A DNA stretch of 64,000 bases, taken from positions 145,872 through 209,871 of the forward strand of contig CAYQUS010000002.1 of assembly GCA_964421015.1 (NCBI GenBank), written 5' to 3'. Of the stretch, positions 19,952 through 29,993 are shown one piece after another. The translations under genes and the position numbers were made by a program. This DNA comes from an uncultured Planctomycetia bacterium (GTDB lineage Bacteria; Omnitrophota; Gorgyraeia; Tantalellales; Tantalellaceae). The notes beneath the pieces are model-generated. The model was not told the DNA's origin. It saw only the letters and a program-made list of their open reading frames with translations, and made no database searches. Each line of letters begins with the position of its first letter. Position 1 is the first letter of the stretch.

Positions 19952-21787
19952 ATGAAAACCTACTGGAGATTCGTAAAACTGCTGGCTCCCCACGGATGGG
20001 TGTTCTTCTCGGCCGTTGTTTTTATGGTGCTTTCTTCGGCATTCAGCGCCTCGCCGATAGCTCTTATAATACCCCTTGTGGACAAGGTGATAACGGGCAA
20101 GAATATAGCTCTGCCGCCGGGAGTGGCGCCGCCGGCGTTCATACAGCTCGGGATAGATAAAGTCAATGAACTTCCCAGGATACAGCTTCTCAATATCATG
20201 ACGGTCATAGTTGTCGTCATTTTTATCTGCAAGGGGCTGTTCGAGTATCTCAAGACGTATCTAATGAGCGACGTTAGCGAGAGGGTGATACGCGACGTCA
20301 AGAACGACATTTACCGCAAGCTCCAGGACCTTTCGATGGATTTTTTCAGCCATAACCCCACGGGCAAACTTATGTCCCGGATAACGCACGACGCCGCGGT
20401 CATAAGGGATTCCATAGGAAGCGGTGTCGCCGATACTTTTTCCCAGCCCATAGAGCTTTTCTTTTACATAGTGCTTCTTGTGGGGCTTAAGATGTACGGA
20501 GGGGTGCCGTGGAGTTTCATTCTTGTCAGCGTAGTGGTTTTTCCGCTAATACTTCTTCCCGTGGTGAGAATAGGGAAACGGCTCAGAAAAATAAGCCGCA
20601 CATCGCAGGAACAGGCCGGCGACATAAACAACATGCTCCTTGAGACCATCTCCGGGATAAAGCTCGTGAAATCTTTCGGGATGGAGGATTACGAATGCGA
20701 GAGTTTCAGGAAAAAGAACCAGGAATACTACGACCTCACAATAAAGTCCATAAAGAAGATGAAAATGGTAAGCCCGCTCACGGAAAGCATGATGGTGGTC
20801 TGTGTGGCGGCCATACTCTGGATAGCGGGAAGGAGCATGATATCGGGGGAGCTTTCTTTCGGCGTTTTCGCGGCGTTCCTCGCGGCCATATTCTCACTCA
20901 TGAAACCTTTCAAGAAACTGAGCAACGTCTACGGGATAAACCAGCAGGCGCTCGCGGCGGCGGACAGGATTTTTCAGTTGTACGACACACCCGTCAGCAT
21001 AAAGGAAAGGCCCGGCGCCAGGAAACTGGAAAAATTCACTGAAAGCATTTCGTTCGAGAAAGTGTGGTTCAAGTATGAAAAGGATTTTGTCCTTGAAGAC
21101 ATAAATCTCACGGTTAAAAAGGGAGAGATACTCGCTCTTGTGGGGCCCTCCGGAGGAGGGAAGAGCACGCTTGTAAACCTCATACCGCGGTTTTACGATC
21201 CTGTTTCCGGGTCGGTTCGGGTGGACGGACAGGATATAAGGGAGCTCGATATACGGTCTCTCAGGGACAAGATAGGTCTTGTAACACAGGAAACCCTGCT
21301 TTTTAACGACACCGTCCGGGCCAACATATGCTACGGCCATACCGATGTCGACGAAAAACAGCTCATAGCGGTATCGAAAGCGGCCAACGCGCATATGTTC
21401 ATAAAGGATTTTCCCCAGGGGTATGACACCGTTATAGGGGAAAGGGGCCTTAAAATATCCGGCGGGCAGAGGCAGAGAATAGCCATAGCTCGGGCTATAT
21501 ACAAGAATCCTCCTATACTTATTTTCGACGAGGCAACTTCCCAGCTCGATACCGAAAGCGAGAAGCTGGTACAGGAAGCCATAAATAACCTTGTAAAAGG
21601 CAGGACCGTCATAGTAATAGCGCACAGACTGAGCACGGTTAAACACGCCAACAAGATAGTGGTCATAAGCGGCGGTAAAATTTCCGATTCCGGGTCCCAT
21701 GAAGATCTTTTGAGGAAGAACCCCCTGTACAAGAAACTCTACACTATGCAGTTCGCCGAAGGGGAAGAAGCGGGGCTTGAGCCATAA
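19952..21787 (+). CDS. msbA: ABC transporter ATP-binding/permease, MsbA-like lipid A exporter
   Basis: Six-TM domain then NBD: Walker A GPSGGGKST, signature LSGGQRQR, Walker B ILIFDEATS. The ORF-track ORF is extended upstream by antisense read-through; the ATG at 19952 is preferred. Confidence 0.8.
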   Translation: MKTYWRFVKLLAPHGWVFFSAVVFMVLSSAFSASPIALIIPLVDKVITGKNIALPPGVAPPAFIQLGIDKVNELPRIQLLNIMTVIVVVIFICKGLFEYLKTYLMSDVSERVIRDVKNDIYRKLQDLSMDFFSHNPTGKLMSRITHDAAVIRDSIGSGVADTFSQPIELFFYIVLLVGLKMYGGVPWSFILVSVVVFPLILLPVVRIGKRLRKISRTSQEQAGDINNMLLETISGIKLVKSFGMEDYECESFRKKNQEYYDLTIKSIKKMKMVSPLTESMMVVCVAAILWIAGRSMISGELSFGVFAAFLAAIFSLMKPFKKLSNVYGINQQALAAADRIFQLYDTPVSIKERPGARKLEKFTESISFEKVWFKYEKDFVLEDINLTVKKGEILALVGPSGGGKSTLVNLIPRFYDPVSGSVRVDGQDIRELDIRSLRDKIGLVTQETLLFNDTVRANICYGHTDVDEKQLIAVSKAANAHMFIKDFPQGYDTVIGERGLKISGGQRQRIAIARAIYKNPPILIFDEATSQLDTESEKLVQEAINNLVKGRTVIVIAHRLSTVKHANKIVVISGGKISDSGSHEDLLRKNPLYKKLYTMQFAEGEEAGLEP

Positions 21788-21854
21788 ATTAGCGCTACAA
21801 AAACCTACCTATTGACCAGGGGGCGGTAAAACGCCCTTTTCTTCAGAAAAAACT

Positions 21855-21881
21855 TGCAATTACGGGCTTTTTATATATAAT
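21855..21881 (+). promoter_or_regulatory. sigma70-like promoter TTGCAA-16-TATAAT followed by a ~125-nt structured rpsB leader
   Basis: -35 at 21854-59, -10 at 21876-81. The leader contains a GCCTCCG-GGC-GGAGGT hairpin before the AGGAGG RBS. Confidence 0.45.
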
Positions 21882-22006
21882 ATTCGTTCAGTGTGTGTGT
21901 TTATTAACCCTAAAACGGCGCTTTTGGGCGGCGTGATGCCTCCGGGCGGAGGTAACAAATCGCGCTACTTTGACCCAGGTAAGCCGGCAGGAAAGAGGAG
22001 GAAACC

Positions 22007-22882
22007 GTGACAGTAGCTACACAGATGATCAAGGATCTTTTGGAGAACGGAGTTCATTTTGGGCATCAGACCAACAAATGGCATCCCAAAATGGGAAAGT
22101 TCATTTTCGGGGAAAAGAACGGTATATACATAATCGATCTTAAAAAGACCGAAGAAGCTCTCATAAAGGCAATGGCTTTCGCCAAGGCGGCCGCGGCTGA
22201 AGGCAAGACACTGCTTTTTGTAGGCACAAAGAAACAGGCCAAGGCCATAATAAGATCTCAGGCGCAGAGATGCGGCATGTTCTTCGTGGATGAAAGGTGG
22301 CTTGGGGGATGCCTGACGAATTTCGACACCATAAGAAAGAGCGTGGACAGGCTCAGGCAGATACAGGATACCAAGGCTACAGAGGCGTATAACTCATACG
22401 CAAAGAAGGAAAAGGCAAAGATAGACAGAGAGGAATACAAGCTTCTCAAGAACCTTGAGGGCATAAGAGAAATGACAAAACTTCCCGACGCTATGGTGGT
22501 TGTGGACGCGGAAATAGAGGACATCGCTATAAAAGAGGCCAGAAAAATAGGGATACCGGTCATAGCGCTTATTGACACTAACTGCGATCCGGCCTGCGTC
22601 GATTATCCGGTCCCGGGGAACGATGACGCCATAAGGTCCATCGAATATGTGGTGTCGAGAATAGCCGACGCCGTAGCCGAAGGCGTCAAGGAATCGGTTT
22701 CGGGAAAGAAGGTCAAGGACCTGAGGGAAGTTTCCGCTAAGAGCCAGGCCCAGACGGGAGCGGCGGCGGATACGGAAAGGACAAAGGCGCCTCTTCATCA
22801 GGCTCCTGAGAAAAAAGAGATAGAGGAAGAGGAAGCCTCTTCCGAGGAACCGGCGGAAGGCGACATCAAGCTGGACATTTAA
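22007..22882 (+). CDS. rpsB: 30S ribosomal protein S2
   Basis: [19 protein letters not shown] signature. GTG start with an AGGAGG RBS. Acidic C-terminal tail. Confidence 0.9.
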   Translation: MTVATQMIKDLLENGVHFGHQTNKWHPKMGKFIFGEKNGIYIIDLKKTEEALIKAMAFAKAAAAEGKTLLFVGTKKQAKAIIRSQAQRCGMFFVDERWLGGCLTNFDTIRKSVDRLRQIQDTKATEAYNSYAKKEKAKIDREEYKLLKNLEGIREMTKLPDAMVVVDAEIEDIAIKEARKIGIPVIALIDTNCDPACVDYPVPGNDDAIRSIEYVVSRIADAVAEGVKESVSGKKVKDLREVSAKSQAQTGAAADTERTKAPLHQAPEKKEIEEEEASSEEPAEGDIKLDI

Positions 22883-22936
22883 GGCGCGGGATGTACCGTC
22901 GCTTAAACACGGAATATAAATAATCGGGAGAATACG

Positions 22937-24266
<1,330 letters not shown>

Positions 24267-24289
24267 ACCCGTAAGGGAAGAGGTGAGCC

Positions 24290-24856
24290 ATGTATAAGAA
24301 TGAGCTTGATAAGTTGACCAAAGAAAGCGAGAACAAGATGCTGGCCGCGCTCGATGCGGTCAAAAAACAGTTCGCCACGATAAGGACCGGAAGAGCGCAT
24401 CCCGGGCTTGTGGAAGGGCTTAAGGTGGATTACTACGGGACCAAAACCCCGCTTAAGCAGGTGGCAAGCGTGACTGCCCCCGAACCCAGAATGATAGTGA
24501 TACAGCCCTGGGACAAGGGAGCCATGGGAGCTATAGAAAAGGCCATACAGACCTCGGAACTGGGGATAACACCCACGAACGACGGCAAGTTCATACGGCT
24601 GGCCATGCCGCAGCTTACGCATGAAAGGCGCGACGAACTGGCTAAAGTGCTGCATAAGATGTCGGAAGAAGGCAGGATCTCCATAAGGAACACCCGGCAC
24701 CAGGCCAACGAAGAAGCCGTAAAGCTGGAGAAGGACAAGGTTTTTACCGAGGACGACAAGTTCACGGCCAAGGATAAAATACAGAAACTTACGGACGATT
24801 ACATAAAGAAGATAGATTCCGCTCTGGCGGAAAAAGAAAAAGAAATAGCGGGGTAA
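24290..24856 (+). CDS. frr: ribosome recycling factor
   Basis: RTGRAHPGLVEGLKVDYYG signature. Confidence 0.9.
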   Translation: MYKNELDKLTKESENKMLAALDAVKKQFATIRTGRAHPGLVEGLKVDYYGTKTPLKQVASVTAPEPRMIVIQPWDKGAMGAIEKAIQTSELGITPTNDGKFIRLAMPQLTHERRDELAKVLHKMSEEGRISIRNTRHQANEEAVKLEKDKVFTEDDKFTAKDKIQKLTDDYIKKIDSALAEKEKEIAG

Positions 24857-24872
24857 AACCCCGAAAGTTACC

Positions 24873-24948
24873 GGGCCGCTAGCTCATCCGGTAGAGCAAC
24901 GCCCTTTTAAGGCGTGGGTGGTTGGTTCGAGTCCAACGCGGCTCACCA
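24873..24948 (+). tRNA. tRNA-Lys (anticodon UUU)
   Basis: Cloverleaf: GGGCCGC acceptor, anticodon loop CTTTTAA, T-arm GGTTCGAGTCC, CCA encoded. Confidence 0.8.
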
Positions 24949-24958
24949 GTTATAAAAA

Positions 24959-24990
24959 ACCCGAAGGGAAACCTTCGGGTTTTTATTTTT
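24959..24990 (+). terminator. rho-independent terminator after tRNA-Lys
   Basis: CCCGAAGG-GAAA-CCTTCGGG stem followed by TTTTTATTTTTT. Confidence 0.7.
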
Positions 24991-25011
24991 TAAGCGTTGA
25001 ACTCGAACCAA

Positions 25012-25044
25012 TAAAGGGGGAGATATAGAGGGGGAAAAGGATTT
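25012..25044. repeat. perfect 14-bp-arm palindrome ATAGAGGGGGAAAA-GGA-TTTTCCCCCTCTAT
   Basis: Visible directly between two ~38-bp direct repeats (24978-25015 and 25091-25130), downstream of tRNA-Lys. Confidence 0.8.
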
Positions 25045-25202
25045 TCCCCCTCTATGGTTTACACATCCATGCGGAAGGAGGGGGAACAGCGAGTTCGGGT
25101 TTTTATCTTTTTAAGCGTTGAACTCGAAGCTATTAACGAACGTATAAGATTGACAGCCAGGCAGGCGGAGGTTTATGATCAAAGTATAAAAGGAGGTTAC
25201 GT

Positions 25203-25535
25203 ATGTCCATAATAAAAGAGTTCAAGGAATTTGCCGTTAAAGGCAACGCGATAGATATGGCTGTAGGTCTTGTTATAGGGGCGGGGTTCGGGAAGATAGT
25301 AAATTCGCTGGTTAACGATATAATCATGCCGCCGGTGGGACTTCTTCTGGGAGGAGTGGATTTCAAGGATCTGAGCCTTACGCTTAAGGCGGCGACACTT
25401 ACAGATCCGGCGGTAACTCTTAATTACGGCCAGTTCATAAATAACCTGATAGATTTTCTTATAGTGGCGTTCGCTATTTTTATGGTGGTAAAGGGCATAA
25501 ACACCCTCAAGAAGAGCGCTCCTAAACAAAACTAA
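25203..25535 (+). CDS. mscL: large-conductance mechanosensitive channel
   Basis: [28 protein letters not shown] signature. 110 aa. AGGAGG RBS. Confidence 0.9.
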   Translation: MSIIKEFKEFAVKGNAIDMAVGLVIGAGFGKIVNSLVNDIIMPPVGLLLGGVDFKDLSLTLKAATLTDPAVTLNYGQFINNLIDFLIVAFAIFMVVKGINTLKKSAPKQN

Positions 25536-25559
25536 TTTTTTGAGGATCACCTATAGTAA

Positions 25560-25600
25560 AAGGGAAAGGACGGCCTCTATGGGCCGCCCTTTCCCTTTTT
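25560..25600 (+). terminator. rho-independent terminator after mscL
   Basis: AAGGGAAAGGACGGCC / GGCCGCCCTTTCCCTT hairpin followed by a T run. Confidence 0.7.
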
Positions 25601-25673
25601 GGCTTAATTTCCCAAAAACAAAATACAAGCTAAAGATCCATGGTACAATAATACCGTAAGAGGATGGGATGGA

Positions 25674-26003
25674 ATGAAAAAGGCAAAAACCGATAATATT
25701 TTCAATAAACTTCCTTCCGCGAAGAAAGGAGAGGTTTTTGAAAAAATGATCTCCCGCAAGGGGGTTAAGATAGAGCGAATAACATCACTCGGACAGGTTA
25801 CCCCTCCCGGCAGGTGGATGAAGTCGCGGCGGAACGAATGGGTGATACTTCTTAAGGGGAAAGCGAAACTCCGGTTCCGTGGTACCGGCCAGATACTGGA
25901 AATGAAGCCAGGGAACCATGTATTTATACCGGCGGGGACGTCTCACAGGGTAGAGTGGACGGCGCCGAGCGAAAAAAGTGTATGGGTGGCGGTGTTGTTC
26001 TGA
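25674..26003 (+). CDS. cupin-domain protein
   Basis: Small beta-barrel-type sequence with a ..GNHVFIPAGTSHRVE motif. Confidence 0.55.
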   Translation: MKKAKTDNIFNKLPSAKKGEVFEKMISRKGVKIERITSLGQVTPPGRWMKSRRNEWVILLKGKAKLRFRGTGQILEMKPGNHVFIPAGTSHRVEWTAPSEKSVWVAVLF

Positions 26004-26038
26004 CACGGCCCAATAAAAGCATGATAAGGGTGTAAGAG

Positions 26039-27070
26039 ATGAGAAGCCACGCGAGGGCGGCGATATTTGCGGCTGGTCTTATATGGGCGTACATTATTGG
26101 AGGGATGCTTATGTCTTCTGAAGCGAATGAGAGGGAAAAGATCTCCATATACAACGCCGGGACAGGAGAAACGGAAGAAGTGGAGATAACGGCCCGGACT
26201 GAAAAGGAATGGCAGGATATTCTTACGCCGGAGCAGTTCAGGATAATGCGGCAAAAGGGAACGGAAACGCCTTCTACAGGTAAGCATGAGGCTGGCAACG
26301 AGCCGGGCATATATAAGTGCGCGGCTTGCGGAACGGATCTTTTTTATTCTTCCGCTAAGTTTGAATCCGGAAGCGGGTGGCCGAGTTTCATGGAACCTGT
26401 TTCTTCCTGTAACGTGAGGGAAGAAACAGACAAAAGTCACGGTATGGTAAGGCAGGAAACGCTCTGCGCCAGATGCGGGTCGCATCTGGGGCATGTTTTT
26501 CCCGACGGGCCTCAGCCGAAAGGAACGCGTTACTGCATAAATTCGGCGGCGTTGAATTTTGTTCCATCGGGGGAGCAGCCTGAGAACACTGAACGTGCTG
26601 TTTTCGCGGCAGGATGTTTCTGGGGGGTTGAAGAGGCTTTCCGGAACGTAAAAGGAGTTTTGCGCACGACCGCGGGATACACCGGGGGGACAAGGGAAAA
26701 TCCTTCGTACGAAGATGTATGTTCAGGGGAAACCGGACATGCCGAGGCGGTAGAGGTAATATACGACCCGTCGGCGGTGACCTATGAGAGGCTGCTTGAT
26801 ATTTTCTGGGAGATACACGATCCGACAACACTAAACAGGCAGGGCCCGGATACCGGGACGCAGTACAGATCGGCTTTGTTCTATACCGACGAAAAACAGA
26901 AAAGTTACGCGGAAAGTTCCAAGAGAAAAATTAACGGAAGCGGCAGATACAAAAACCCGGTTGTGACAGAGATCTCCCCTCTCGATAAATTTTATCCCGC
27001 GGAAGAGTATCATCAGAAATACATTATGAAGAGCGGAAAGGGCTGCGCGGTAAAGCCTGGACATAAATAA
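26039..27070 (+). CDS. msrAB: bifunctional methionine sulfoxide reductase MsrB-MsrA (membrane/secreted)
   Basis: N-terminal hydrophobic segment. MsrB CxxC...CxxC zinc motifs with RYCINS. Then MsrA GCFWG active site. Confidence 0.85.
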   Translation: MRSHARAAIFAAGLIWAYIIGGMLMSSEANEREKISIYNAGTGETEEVEITARTEKEWQDILTPEQFRIMRQKGTETPSTGKHEAGNEPGIYKCAACGTDLFYSSAKFESGSGWPSFMEPVSSCNVREETDKSHGMVRQETLCARCGSHLGHVFPDGPQPKGTRYCINSAALNFVPSGEQPENTERAVFAAGCFWGVEEAFRNVKGVLRTTAGYTGGTRENPSYEDVCSGETGHAEAVEVIYDPSAVTYERLLDIFWEIHDPTTLNRQGPDTGTQYRSALFYTDEKQKSYAESSKRKINGSGRYKNPVVTEISPLDKFYPAEEYHQKYIMKSGKGCAVKPGHK

Positions 27071-27098
27071 AGAAGAGAAAAGAGGCGAGTTTGGGGAT

Positions 27099-27455
27099 AT
27101 GTTCACCAGAATAGCAGGCATAATAGTGATGCTTTTCGGGCTCAGCGGGGTAATAAACCCCCTGTGGTTCAAGAACAGGGTTGTCCGGAAGATAAACTTC
27201 AGGATAAGGTTCGTTGTGTACGCGTTCGTTCTTGTTTTCGCCGTTTTAATACTTGCCCACGCCGCCAGGGCCGAAGGGCTTGCCGCGAAAGTTGCCGCCA
27301 TGGCGGGGCTTGTTATTACGATAAAAATCATTATGCTTATAACAACGAAAAGCGGAGAGAAGATCTCCGCGATGCTCGAGGGGAAAGCCCTGAATTTTTT
27401 CAGGATATGGGCCGGTGTGTTTCTGGCGATGGGAATGATGCTGTTTTTTTCGTGA
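27099..27455 (+). CDS. hypothetical small membrane protein
   Basis: Three to four predicted TM helices; no motif recognised. Not a confident gene call. Confidence 0.4.
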   Translation: MFTRIAGIIVMLFGLSGVINPLWFKNRVVRKINFRIRFVVYAFVLVFAVLILAHAARAEGLAAKVAAMAGLVITIKIIMLITTKSGEKISAMLEGKALNFFRIWAGVFLAMGMMLFFS

Positions 27456-27478
27456 CTTTACCCGGGAGAAAAGGCTTT

Positions 27479-28798
27479 ATGAAAAAAAAGAAACTTTATT
27501 TCGTCCTGGCGGTTTGTCTGGCGCTGGCCGCGGGAGGGGCGGCTGTATATATCGCTCTTAAACCAGAACCGAACCCGGCGATACTGAAGAACAGTGTCAT
27601 TATGCGCAAAGGGCCTCTGGCGTACATGGAGGTGCGGCATATAGTACTTAAAGGCTCCAACAAGGAAATAGGACAGGCTATCGCCGATATAGCAAGAAGG
27701 GATTACAGGGTAGAACTTGTGAAATACGCCTCGCCGGTATATGCCAGGGCCCGGTACACTTATATGAGGAATAACTATCCCGCGCTTCTTGAGCGCATGA
27801 AAGGGGTTGCCGAAAGTTTCGGGATAAAGCTTGAAGACACCGATATGGACACAAGCTCCTTGTATTATTCCATCAATCCTCCGGAGTGTTCGTCGGTCTT
27901 CTTTCCGGCGGATGTCTCGGAAAGCGGAGGCAGTTTTTACGTATGTAACAGGGACTATTATCCGGGAAGCGTATCCGAGGCGATGGGGTTAAAAAGGAAA
28001 AACGGAGAAGAAGACATGTTCTCCCGCGCCGCGGTGATAGAGTTATATCCGGACGAAGGATACCCGTCTATCGGGATAGCGGCCGTCGATCTTATGAATA
28101 TGCGCGTTGACGCGGTCAATTCTATGGGGCTGGGAGTAGCTCTATTTAAGGATGCCGCGGCGGGCGACCAAAATACTGCCGGGGACATTTCAAGGCAGTC
28201 CGGGCTCAGCATTTATCAGGCGGTCCAGATAATAATGGATACTTGTTCTACGGCGGATGAGGCGAAAGAGGTCATATTGAGCAATAAAATAACAATGTCT
28301 CCCGTTACGGCGAGGCTTATGGTAATGGATAGTTCGGGCAGGTCCTTTCTGTATGAAAGATCCCCCAAAGACCACGAGGACAGGTTTACTGACTGGCAGG
28401 GAGAGCCCGTTGTAGTGACTAACCATTCGGCGTACGAGTACCCTTCTTCAGACACTTTCCCCGATGACGAGAGGGACGGGCATGGCAGTTTTAAACGGTA
28501 CCGAACTCTTGAGAAATACGTAAAGTCGCGCGCGGGAAAGTTTTCAGAAAGTGACGGGACTGAGGCCATGGAGCTCGTGTATGAACGCGGAGGAGATGCG
28601 TCGGGAAAGGATAGAGTTTCCGCTGTCAGGACTTTGTACACCGCGCTTGTCAATATGGAAGAGCGGTCCATAAAGGTAAAGTTCTACGCCCGTGACGGTA
28701 AAAAGGACAGGGGAACGGGGCTTGCCGAACTTGTTTTTTCCAAGCCTTTTGAGTTCAAGATAGAAGTTCCGGAGGATACGGTCTCCGGGCAAAAATAA
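27479..28798 (+). CDS. membrane-anchored Ntn-hydrolase-like protein (possibly peptidase C45 / acyl-CoA:6-APA acyltransferase family)
   Basis: N-terminal TM anchor (MKKKKLYFVLAVCLALAAGG). A G..E.G N-terminal motif. An internal Cys-Ser-Ser (PPECSS) sits where an autoproteolytic Gly-Cys nucleophile would be. Family assignment is tentative. The ORF-track start is upstream and overlaps the previous ORF; ATG 27479 is preferred. Confidence 0.4.
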   Translation: MKKKKLYFVLAVCLALAAGGAAVYIALKPEPNPAILKNSVIMRKGPLAYMEVRHIVLKGSNKEIGQAIADIARRDYRVELVKYASPVYARARYTYMRNNYPALLERMKGVAESFGIKLEDTDMDTSSLYYSINPPECSSVFFPADVSESGGSFYVCNRDYYPGSVSEAMGLKRKNGEEDMFSRAAVIELYPDEGYPSIGIAAVDLMNMRVDAVNSMGLGVALFKDAAAGDQNTAGDISRQSGLSIYQAVQIIMDTCSTADEAKEVILSNKITMSPVTARLMVMDSSGRSFLYERSPKDHEDRFTDWQGEPVVVTNHSAYEYPSSDTFPDDERDGHGSFKRYRTLEKYVKSRAGKFSESDGTEAMELVYERGGDASGKDRVSAVRTLYTALVNMEERSIKVKFYARDGKKDRGTGLAELVFSKPFEFKIEVPEDTVSGQK

Positions 28799-28831
28799 AA
28801 GTATCAACAAAAGAAAGGAAAAGTGGTAGAT

Positions 28832-29893
28832 ATGAAAAAGGAGTCTTTTGAGTTTTTCAAGAAACTTGCCGATGCCGTCAGCCCTTCGGGATTTGAGGAA
28901 GAGGCGGTAAAGATCTGGTCCGAAAGAGCCCGTGGTATTTCGGACAAGGTGGAAAGCGACGTTATGGGCAACTCTATAGCCACGCTTAACGGTGGAGGGA
29001 GCCCTAAGGTGATGGTGTCGGGGCATATAGACGAGATAGGGTTCATGGTGCAGTACATAAGCGATGAAGGGTACATATATTTTTCCACAATAGGCGGTAT
29101 AGACAGGCACGTTCTTCCTGGGCAGAGAGTTTGGATAAAGACCGGAAAGGGCATAGTTCTGGGAGTAATAGGAAAGAAACCCATACACCTTTTGGAAGAC
29201 GCCGAAAGGAGCAAAGTAGCAAAGCTTGAAGAGCTCTGGATAGATATAGGAGCGAAGGACGGGAAAGACGCTAAAAGCAAAGTGGAAATAGGAGATCCGG
29301 TGGTCTGCGCGGTAGGGCTTGAGCTTTTGAACAGCGACATAGCAGTCGGCCGCGGTTTTGACGATAAGGCGGGGGCTTTTGTGGTCAATGAAACCCTGAG
29401 CCTTCTTTCGGGAAAGAAACTTAAAGCCGCTTTTTACGGTGTAGCTTCGGTGCAGGAAGAGATAGGGCTAAGAGGTGCCAAGACGGCGGCTTATGGCATC
29501 TCTCCCGATATAGGTATAGCGATAGACGTTACTTTCGCCACGGATTTTCCGTCTATGGACAAAAGAAAATCCGGGAATGTGAAAATAGGTTCAGGGCCAG
29601 TAATAGCCAAGGGGCCTAATATCAACCCCAAAGTTTTTCATCTTTTAGTGGAAACGGCGAAAAAAGAGAAAATACCCTACCAGATAGAAGGCGTATCCCG
29701 GGCTACCGGAACAGACGCTAATGTTATACAGCTTACCAAAGCCGGTGTGGCTGCAGGGCTTATAAGCATTCCTTTAAGATATATGCATACACAGGTAGAA
29801 CTTGCCAGCCTGAAAGATCTGGAAAACACGGCAAAACTCCTAAGCGCGTTCGTAATGAAGCTGGACAAGGGCATAGACCTGATCCCCCGCTAA
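28832..29893 (+). CDS. M42-family aminopeptidase (FrvX/glutamyl aminopeptidase-like)
   Basis: HIDEIGFMV, GRGFDDKAG and metal-ligand motifs typical of M42 peptidases. Confidence 0.8.
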   Translation: MKKESFEFFKKLADAVSPSGFEEEAVKIWSERARGISDKVESDVMGNSIATLNGGGSPKVMVSGHIDEIGFMVQYISDEGYIYFSTIGGIDRHVLPGQRVWIKTGKGIVLGVIGKKPIHLLEDAERSKVAKLEELWIDIGAKDGKDAKSKVEIGDPVVCAVGLELLNSDIAVGRGFDDKAGAFVVNETLSLLSGKKLKAAFYGVASVQEEIGLRGAKTAAYGISPDIGIAIDVTFATDFPSMDKRKSGNVKIGSGPVIAKGPNINPKVFHLLVETAKKEKIPYQIEGVSRATGTDANVIQLTKAGVAAGLISIPLRYMHTQVELASLKDLENTAKLLSAFVMKLDKGIDLIPR

Positions 29894-29908
29894 AAACCAC
29901 CTTTCGTA

Positions 29909-29949
29909 CACATTAGTGCCAGGCACCATAGGTGCCTGGCACCAATGTG
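29909..29949. repeat. 41-bp near-perfect palindrome made of two 13-bp GGTGCCWGGCACC palindromes
   Basis: CACATTAGTGCCAGGCACC-AT-AGGTGCCTGGCACCAATGTG. Lies immediately upstream of the hydrolase promoter. Confidence 0.85.
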
Positions 29950-29956
29950 ACGGCAT

Positions 29957-29985
29957 TTGTTATTCACTCCCTGCAAGTGTATACT
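29957..29985 (+). promoter_or_regulatory. sigma70-like promoter (TTGTTA-17-TATACT) giving a leaderless or near-leaderless hydrolase mRNA
   Basis: -35 at 29957-62, -10 at 29980-85. The ATG follows 8 nt after the -10 with no SD. Confidence 0.45.
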
Positions 29986-29993
29986 TTACCCGT

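Noticed and set aside
27164-27478. Upstream extension of the 544-aa ORF
   Set aside because: It overlaps the small membrane protein ORF in another frame and is Arg/Cys-rich. The lysine-rich MKKKK start at 27479, followed by a TM anchor, is the plausible start.
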